Shown piece after piece: positions 56,304 through 61,836 of a DNA stretch of 61,836 nucleotides. The position numbers and the translations under genes were made by a program. The notes under the pieces are model-generated. The model saw only the letters and a list, made by a program, of their open reading frames with translations, did not search any database and was not told where the DNA came from. The DNA is from a virus (Duplodnaviria > Caudoviricetes). Position 1 is the first letter of the stretch. Every line of letters starts with the position of its first letter. Location: positions 1-61,836 of IMG/VR virus record IMGVR_UViG_3300042386_001217; one strand, 5' to 3'.

Positions 56304-57572
56304 ATGGAATCTTTATCAAAAGTAGGAAACGGAATCGTGGGGTCCGAAATCATTAAAATCTCACAACAAATCAAGGAAATTGCGAAAAATAAACCCGTAG
56401 CAAATTTAACCATAGGTGACTTTGATTCAAAAAAATGGCCAATACCATTTAGACTCAAACAACTTATTGAAAAATATTACGAACAAAACTATACAAACTA
56501 TCCGAACTCACAAGGTGAATTGTCGTTGCGTGAAGCGGTAAGTAATTACTTGAACAGTCAATACGAGTTAAACTATAAACCAAGTGAAATTCTTATTGGT
56601 GGTGGTGTTAGACCGTTAATCTACACAGTATACAAAGGTACTGTAAATCAAGGTGAATCTGTGATTTATCCAGTACCATCTTGGAACAATAACCACTATT
56701 GTTTTCTTCACGGAGCAACCAAGAAAGAAATTGAATGTAAACCTGAAAATTCATTCTTTCCTACGGTTAGTGATATTGAAAATAGTATTGATGATTCAAC
56801 ATCTTTGATTTGTATTTGTTCGCCACAAAACCCAACAGGTAGGGTAATTCCATCAGAAACGTTAAAAGGTATTTGTGAAGTCATTATTAAAGAAAACAAG
56901 TTAAGAGCAACACAGGTAAATTCAAGACCAATATATCTTTTCTTCGACCAAATTTATTCCGATTTAACAGATAAAGAATTATTCACACACCCATTGTATG
57001 TTTGTCCTGAAATAAAAAATTATTTGATTTGTGCTGACGGAATTTCAAAATCATTAAGTGCTACAGGTATTAGAGTTGGTTGGATTTTTGGACCACAAGA
57101 TGTTATTGGTAAATTAACCGAAATATTTTCACACATTGGAGCTTGGGCACCAAAACCTGAACAAAACGCAGTTGCGGAATTTTTAAATGAAGAAAGGGAA
57201 GTTCACAAAGTTCATACAGAATTTACACGTGGTGAGTTCATGTATTATAGTTCATTGATTTGTGATAAAATTGAAGAATTAAAAGAAAAAGGTTTTAGAG
57301 TTGATTGTCAAAGACCTGAAGGTGGAATTTATATTTCAGTTTATTTTGATTATGCAAAATCATTTAGCTCAAGCGAAGAATTTGTTTATCATTTAATTAA
57401 TACCTATGGACTTGGAATTGTACCCTTTGAATTTTTTGGTTCAAAAGAAAACAGAGGATGGTTTAGAATCTCTTTAGGTAATATTGATGACGAAAATATT
57501 GATGAAATAATAGATATTATTGAAAATTCAGTATTAAAACTACATCAATTTGTAAATTCAATGGTATTTTAA
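56304..57572 (+). CDS. PLP-dependent aminotransferase class I/II
   Basis: CSPQNPTG, DQIY, GISKSLSATGIRVGW, FRIS. Confidence 0.92.
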   Translation: MESLSKVGNGIVGSEIIKISQQIKEIAKNKPVANLTIGDFDSKKWPIPFRLKQLIEKYYEQNYTNYPNSQGELSLREAVSNYLNSQYELNYKPSEILIGGGVRPLIYTVYKGTVNQGESVIYPVPSWNNNHYCFLHGATKKEIECKPENSFFPTVSDIENSIDDSTSLICICSPQNPTGRVIPSETLKGICEVIIKENKLRATQVNSRPIYLFFDQIYSDLTDKELFTHPLYVCPEIKNYLICADGISKSLSATGIRVGWIFGPQDVIGKLTEIFSHIGAWAPKPEQNAVAEFLNEEREVHKVHTEFTRGEFMYYSSLICDKIEELKEKGFRVDCQRPEGGIYISVYFDYAKSFSSSEEFVYHLINTYGLGIVPFEFFGSKENRGWFRISLGNIDDENIDEIIDIIENSVLKLHQFVNSMVF

Positions 57573-57622
57573 TTGACTTTTTTTAATTTTGACTATATTT
57601 AATTAAAAAACAAAGACTTTCG

Positions 57623-57694
57623 ATGCAAATTATAAAAAATATCACCATAGGCACAGAGACAGGGGCTGATACTTCACTAGTGAGGGTGGGATGA
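57623..57694 (+). CDS. Putative attenuator leader peptide 2 (MQIIKNITIGTETGADTSLVRVG)
   Basis: 23-codon ORF; core TIGTETGADT matches the downstream Glu/Thr/Gly/Gly/Asp/Ala tRNAs; its end overlaps the antiterminator strand. Confidence 0.75.
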   Translation: MQIIKNITIGTETGADTSLVRVG

Positions 57695-57746
57695 TATTGA
57701 ATAAAAATATTTAAAATCAGAACCCACCCACAAGGTGGGTTTTTTT
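57684..57746 (+). promoter_or_regulatory. Antiterminator/terminator pair (attenuator 2)
   Basis: Terminator AACCCACC-cacaa-GGTGGGTT plus U-tract (57721-57746); competing GGGTGGG (57684-57690) pairs with CCCACCC (57723-57729). Confidence 0.75.
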
Positions 57747-57753
57747 ATTTTAA

Positions 57754-57814
57754 TTTGTTTTTATCAAAAAAAAGTAGTAACTTTGTATCATAGTTGAGAA
57801 TGGTTCTTTGACAT
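57754..57814 (+). promoter_or_regulatory. Bacteroidetes-type promoter and boxA-like site
   Basis: TTTG (57754) - 20 nt - TAACTTTG (57778); GTTCTTTGACAT (57803). Confidence 0.65.
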
Positions 57815-57828
57815 ACGAGAAAAAAAAT

Positions 57829-57900
57829 GGCCCTTTCGTCTATCGGTAAGGACAGGTCCCTTTCACGGACCAGAGACGGGTTCGATTCCCGTAGGGGCTA
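57829..57900 (+). tRNA. tRNA-Glu(TTC)
   Basis: GGTCC-CT-TTC-AC-GGACC. Confidence 0.93.
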
Positions 57901-57904
57901 CAAA

Positions 57905-58000
57905 TGAGTTATATCTTCAGGTACCCGTACCGCTAACGTGGGGCTAAGTAAGATACAATTTCGTACTGCGGGAAGTAGAATGCCTGTCTGAGATAACTCA
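57905..58000 (+). ncRNA. Putative rod-like ncRNA between tRNAs
   Basis: Nested stems TGAGTTAT/ATAACTCA, CAGGTA/TGCCTG, CCCGTA/TGCGGG. Confidence 0.5.
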
Positions 58001-58005
58001 AAATT

Positions 58006-58079
58006 GCCTCCATAGCTCAGTTGGCCAGAGCAGCTGATTTGTAATCAGCGGGTCGTTGGTTCGAATCCGACTGGAGGCT
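58006..58079 (+). tRNA. tRNA-Thr(TGT)
   Basis: GCTGA-TT-TGT-AA-TCAGC. Confidence 0.94.
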
Positions 58080-58089
58080 CAAAATAAAT

Positions 58090-58160
58090 CGCGAGTTGGT
58101 GTAATGGTAACATATTGGGCTCATAACCCAAAGTTCCGAGTTCGAGTCTCGGGTTCGCAA
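58090..58160 (+). tRNA. tRNA-fMet(CAT)
   Basis: C1:A72 mismatch; GGG/CCC anticodon stem. Confidence 0.9.
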
Positions 58161-58205
58161 CTAAAGTGTCTTGGTGGACAAAATATGTTTGATTCTACCA
58201 AAATT

Positions 58206-58277
58206 GCGGGTGTCGTATAAAGGCTATTACTCCAGCCTTCCAAGCTGGAGATGGGAGTTCGATTCTCCCCACCCGCT
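58206..58277 (+). tRNA. tRNA-Gly(TCC)
   Basis: CCAGC-CT-TCC-AA-GCTGG; U73. Confidence 0.93.
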
Positions 58278-58280
58278 CAA

Positions 58281-58480
58281 AAAGAACCCTTCCTTACAGA
58301 AGACAGATTAGCACTGTTGAAAGAGACCTTGGCTTCGTGGGAGTAGCTACCCAATGAAGTAATCATGACCTGAGGTATTCTGTGATGGACCCTGCTCTAT
58401 GGTGCACTCATACCAGGTGAACAGTAAATTATGTTCAGTCAAATCCACAACTACGGTGAGCGTAGAAGGAAAGTTTCTTT
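58281..58480 (+). ncRNA. Putative ~200-nt structured RNA between the Gly tRNAs
   Basis: Closing AAAGAA..TTCCTT / AAGGAA..TTCTTT; inner GCTTCGT/ATGAAGT, TGAACA/TGTTCA, CTACG/CGTAG. Confidence 0.5.
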
Positions 58481-58484
58481 TATT

Positions 58485-58557
58485 GCGAGAGTAGCTCAGT
58501 TGGTAGAGCATCACCTTGCCAAGGTGAGGGTCGCGTGTTCGAATCACGTTTCTCGCT
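58485..58557 (+). tRNA. tRNA-Gly(GCC)
   Basis: TCACC-TT-GCC-AA-GGTGA; U73. Confidence 0.94.
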
Positions 58558-58777
58558 CAATGAGTAAGAGATACTCATCAGTCTTTCATCCAAGACTCAT
58601 TTAACAATGGATGGGGATAAAAAATGTCCACCGACGGACTTTCGATTCGGAACTACGGATGCAAGACCAGCTTCGCCGACGTAAAGGTTGACTTTTTTAT
58701 GGGGGATGCTCCACAGGTTTTTGAAATAGAAAAAACCGAAATGACTACTCACCAGTAATCTCAAGGTGGGGAATAAC

Positions 58778-58849
58778 GGTCCGTTAGTTAATCGGCTATA
58801 ATCCTGCCCTGTCACGGCAGTGTGGCGGGTTCGACTCCCGCACGGACCG
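58778..58849 (+). tRNA. tRNA-Asp(GTC)
   Basis: CTGCC-CT-GTC-AC-GGCAG; G73. Confidence 0.93.
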
Positions 58850-59040
58850 CAAATTTCAGTTAGGGTCGAGCCACGTTGTGCCACGACTGAAAAATAGGTA
58901 AAGAAGGATTAGAGGTGGCCGTGACTACTCTTTACCAAAAAATTAAAATGAGCTTCCCTACACCATTCGGTTAGTGACTAGTTAAAGGGGGACAAAAGTG
59001 GTACACAAGTCCACGGCTCATTTTTTTTATATTTATAGAT

Positions 59041-59127
59041 ATGTTAAAGAAATTTTGGTCATATCTCACATTCATTGAATACCACAGAATGAAGTCTATG
59101 ATACATTCAGGATGGGGTAAATTCTAA
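59041..59127 (+). CDS. Small hypothetical protein (MLKKFWSYLTFIEYHRMKSMIHSGWGKF)
   Basis: 28-codon ORF 4 nt after TATTTAT (59030-59036). Confidence 0.5.
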   Translation: MLKKFWSYLTFIEYHRMKSMIHSGWGKF

Positions 59128-59128
59128 T

Positions 59129-59202
59129 GGGCTGTTAGCTCAGATGGCTAGAGCACCTGCCTTGCACGCAGGGGGTCGAGAGTTCGAGTCTCTCACGGTC
59201 CA
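59129..59202 (+). tRNA. tRNA-Ala(TGC)
   Basis: CCTGC-CT-TGC-AC-GCAGG; G3:U70, A73. Confidence 0.94.
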
Positions 59203-59232
59203 CAATTTTAAATTAACAGATATTTATTAAAC

Positions 59233-60876
59233 ATGATATTGTCTGAAGGACGTAAAGAAGACGTTTACAATAAATTCAAAGGTAAAATCGATTCTGAAAG
59301 AAAATTAAATTCATTGATTGAACCTAAATCATTCTACGACATTGTGTTGGAAGAACCTTTCATGGAACAAACCAACTACAAATATTTGGAACCATTACTT
59401 ACTCAACATTTTTTATGGAATGATGTTTATCCAAGACAGGGTAAAGAACTCGAAGAGTTGGAACCAAACATGGTTTCCACTGCAAGGGATTATTTCATAA
59501 ACATCAGAAGAACAATTGCAAACATCATCCCAAAACTAGAATTTTTTGATAGAAATAAAGACAAATACCAAAAAAAAGATTTCAAACAATATATTGGTTG
59601 GGATTTTGATAGAGAGTTTTTGGATTTGACTGATGGGTTGATGAGAGCTCAGAATGAAAAGAAAGAAAAAGAAAAAGAGAGAAAAGAAATTGTAAAAATT
59701 TACGAAGATAACAGAGTGTTAATTGTAAAACCTTTATCACACGTTGCATCCTGTTATTACGGAGCAGGAACAAGATGGTGTACGACCATGAAAGGTCAAC
59801 CTGAGAGATTCAAACAATATACTAGAGACGCAAATCTTTATTACATCATTGTTAAAGGTGTACCATCGGATAATAAATTCTACAAAATAGCCATTAATCC
59901 AAAAAAAGGTCAAATGTTGAGAAATTCAACTTTTTATGATGCGTCAGATAACACCATGTCAGCATCAGAAAAAGAATTATTCTTTTCTTTGATACCACAA
60001 GAAGCATCGGCAAAACTACAAGAGGATATTAATGAAAGTTTCAAATCTCAGTGGAAACGAGATATGATAGACCAAATCGAAGATTTGACAACTATCCAAC
60101 AACGAACTGTAATAAAATTATCAAAAACAAAAGAATTAACTTTAATATTACGTTTTGACGATTGTCAACCTGTAGATTTTGAAGATGAAACAAACGATGA
60201 TGATTATATCAGATTTACATGTAGATATAGATTATCACCATATCCTTACGAGGTTATAGGTGCGACGAGTGTTTTTGATGACGATGGATATATTTTAGGT
60301 ATTATAGAAAACAAACGTACACACATCCAATATAATTTGGTGTTTGAATCGGACCCTCGTTTTGAAATTAATCCTGAAGATAAAGGAGATACACATTTAA
60401 ATGATGACTTTGAAATAAATTTTTCGAGTTCAGTTGAAAAAGACAAATTTGACAGTACAATGGATTTCTTGTTAGAAAGAACCATGCAAAAATTAAAATA
60501 CAAAGTTCAAAATTCAGAAAATCTAAAAGTTTATATGCAAAAATTAGGTTTAAAGGTACCAGCACAAAAATACGGAACAGGATTTTCATTTAGTAAACCA
60601 ACAGAAAATATTATAAAATTTTATGAGGTAATGGACAGTATACCTGAAGGGGAACCAATAAAGAGGGTGGATTTCATGGAAAAGGCGGGTATGGTTAAGA
60701 AAAAACCTGATGGAACATATGTCAATAGAGGTGGAGGTAATATCACAATCAAAGGTTATTTTTCATCGTGGTTTTCAGCATTAAACGCGGCAAAAATTAT
60801 CGAATATGTCGGAAAAAAAGGGTTCAAAAAAGGACCTCGTTACGAAGAATTTAGAGAAAAAATATTTTCAAAATAA
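59233..60876 (+). CDS. Hypothetical protein with YGAGTRWC domain
   Basis: KPLSHVASCYYGAGTRWCTT; TATTTAT upstream. Confidence 0.8.
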   Translation: MILSEGRKEDVYNKFKGKIDSERKLNSLIEPKSFYDIVLEEPFMEQTNYKYLEPLLTQHFLWNDVYPRQGKELEELEPNMVSTARDYFINIRRTIANIIPKLEFFDRNKDKYQKKDFKQYIGWDFDREFLDLTDGLMRAQNEKKEKEKERKEIVKIYEDNRVLIVKPLSHVASCYYGAGTRWCTTMKGQPERFKQYTRDANLYYIIVKGVPSDNKFYKIAINPKKGQMLRNSTFYDASDNTMSASEKELFFSLIPQEASAKLQEDINESFKSQWKRDMIDQIEDLTTIQQRTVIKLSKTKELTLILRFDDCQPVDFEDETNDDDYIRFTCRYRLSPYPYEVIGATSVFDDDGYILGIIENKRTHIQYNLVFESDPRFEINPEDKGDTHLNDDFEINFSSSVEKDKFDSTMDFLLERTMQKLKYKVQNSENLKVYMQKLGLKVPAQKYGTGFSFSKPTENIIKFYEVMDSIPEGEPIKRVDFMEKAGMVKKKPDGTYVNRGGGNITIKGYFSSWFSALNAAKIIEYVGKKGFKKGPRYEEFREKIFSK

Positions 60877-60958
60877 TTTTTTAAAAAATTGTTGCTGGTA
60901 TACCCAAAATAACTGATTTTTGGTATATTTATTGGACGAAGGTAAATCCCCAAACTTA

Positions 60959-61129
60959 ATGGACCCAAATCAACTAAATAACGAAACTATGCCCGAAGTG
61001 GTTGAGCAGAATTTGACTGCACAAATCGAAGAACAGGTCGAGAAAATACTCGACTTCAATTACGATATGTTCGGTTCTTGGGAAGATGAATGGGATAACT
61101 CACAAGGTGATATTATTCTATTTATCTGA
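60959..61129 (+). CDS. Small acidic hypothetical protein
   Basis: ATG 60959, in frame with the track ORF. Confidence 0.5.
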   Translation: MDPNQLNNETMPEVVEQNLTAQIEEQVEKILDFNYDMFGSWEDEWDNSQGDIILFI

Positions 61130-61308
61130 ACTGTTCAATTACTAACCAAACGGTCATTAGTCCACACAATAAAGTGAAGGACCAGCCAATTATTTTGTAA
61201 GAAAATTCTATTTGGTCTCTACGTTTTCCTTGCCAATCAAAATTGTTATCCATTTTTATTTATAAGTAGTTGTTTAATTCAGAATTTTGTTTTAATTTTG
61301 TACCGAGT

Positions 61309-61719
61309 ATGACATATAAACATCAATTCAAACGATTTCTACAAAAGTTAGCGGTCGACATATCACGAAGATTGGACCCTGCCAATATTGAAAAAAGTTC
61401 TCACGGTAGAGAATGTTATTCAATTTGTCAGAAATTGGTTAACAACCCAAACACTGAACTTATTGTTTCACCTTTGTCTTCAAAGAAATACATTAAATGT
61501 GACGACTCAAATATTTTTGTAATTCTTCAGGGTAGAACGGTACAAATTATTAATCACATCTATAGTTATTCTATATTGACGGATGAAAAAACTTGGGAAA
61601 AAATAATGAACCTTTTTAACCAAGAACAAGAAAAAAGATGTATTAGACTTGAGTCTGAAGCCGAAGTGAACATAAAAAAATCGTTGAAGAATATAAGTAG
61701 TAATTTAGACAAAAAATAA
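61309..61719 (+). CDS. Hypothetical protein
   Basis: ATG 61309 after TAATTTTG. Confidence 0.72.
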   Translation: MTYKHQFKRFLQKLAVDISRRLDPANIEKSSHGRECYSICQKLVNNPNTELIVSPLSSKKYIKCDDSNIFVILQGRTVQIINHIYSYSILTDEKTWEKIMNLFNQEQEKRCIRLESEAEVNIKKSLKNISSNLDKK

Positions 61720-61720
61720 T

Positions 61721-61836
61721 ATGAAAAGTAGTAATTTTAAATCAGCCTATCGTTTTGGTGGAACCGTGTTCATTCTCACAGTTCTAATATTTTCACTAAT
61801 CTTTGGATTCTTATTCAAAGGATGTAGTTCAGACAA
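61721..61836 (+). CDS. Partial membrane or lipoprotein (runs off the right edge)
   Basis: MKSSNFKSAYRFGGTVFILTVLIFSLIFGFLFKGCSSD... Confidence 0.6.
   Translation, partial: MKSSNFKSAYRFGGTVFILTVLIFSLIFGFLFKGCSSD

Noticed and set aside
1-61836. Alternative genetic code (stop-codon recoding as in some large Bacteroidetes phages)
   Set aside because: Core genes are full length under code 11, coding density is high, and no CTA or TCA suppressor tRNA is present

Overview
61.8-kb, very AT-rich segment of a large T4-like (jumbo) dsDNA phage, standard genetic code. The host is most likely a Bacteroidetes: many TAnnTTTG promoters, essentially no Shine-Dalgarno sites and a Flavobacterium-type bS21. 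Left third: head morphogenesis module on the minus strand (TerL, portal, prohead protease, scaffold, major capsid) with ribosomal protein bS21 on the opposite strand. Then ClpC plus a UVR-motif protein, a peptidase, tmRNA, probable virion proteins, and accessory genes (RNA end-healing/ligation enzymes, ThyA, RmlC, PPK2 fusion, nuclease, SLT, M23, aminotransferase). There are 22 tRNA genes, most in three clusters, interleaved with structured non-coding RNAs. Most striking: two tRNA clusters are each preceded by a short leader ORF missing from the ORF track (49701-49796 and 57623-57694), followed by mutually exclusive antiterminator/terminator hairpins. Each leader's codons match the amino acids of the tRNAs downstream (F,I,Q,K,V,Y,C,H,R,W versus E,T,G,G,D,A). 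This looks like ribosome-mediated attenuation that turns on phage tRNA operons when the matching charged tRNAs are depleted; the mechanism is inferred, not shown. Also notable: five paralogous tRNA-like RNAs with conserved acceptor/T arms and unrelated middles, and an Asn-anticodon tRNA with a long variable arm and G3:U70. All calls are by eye; no database searches were run.
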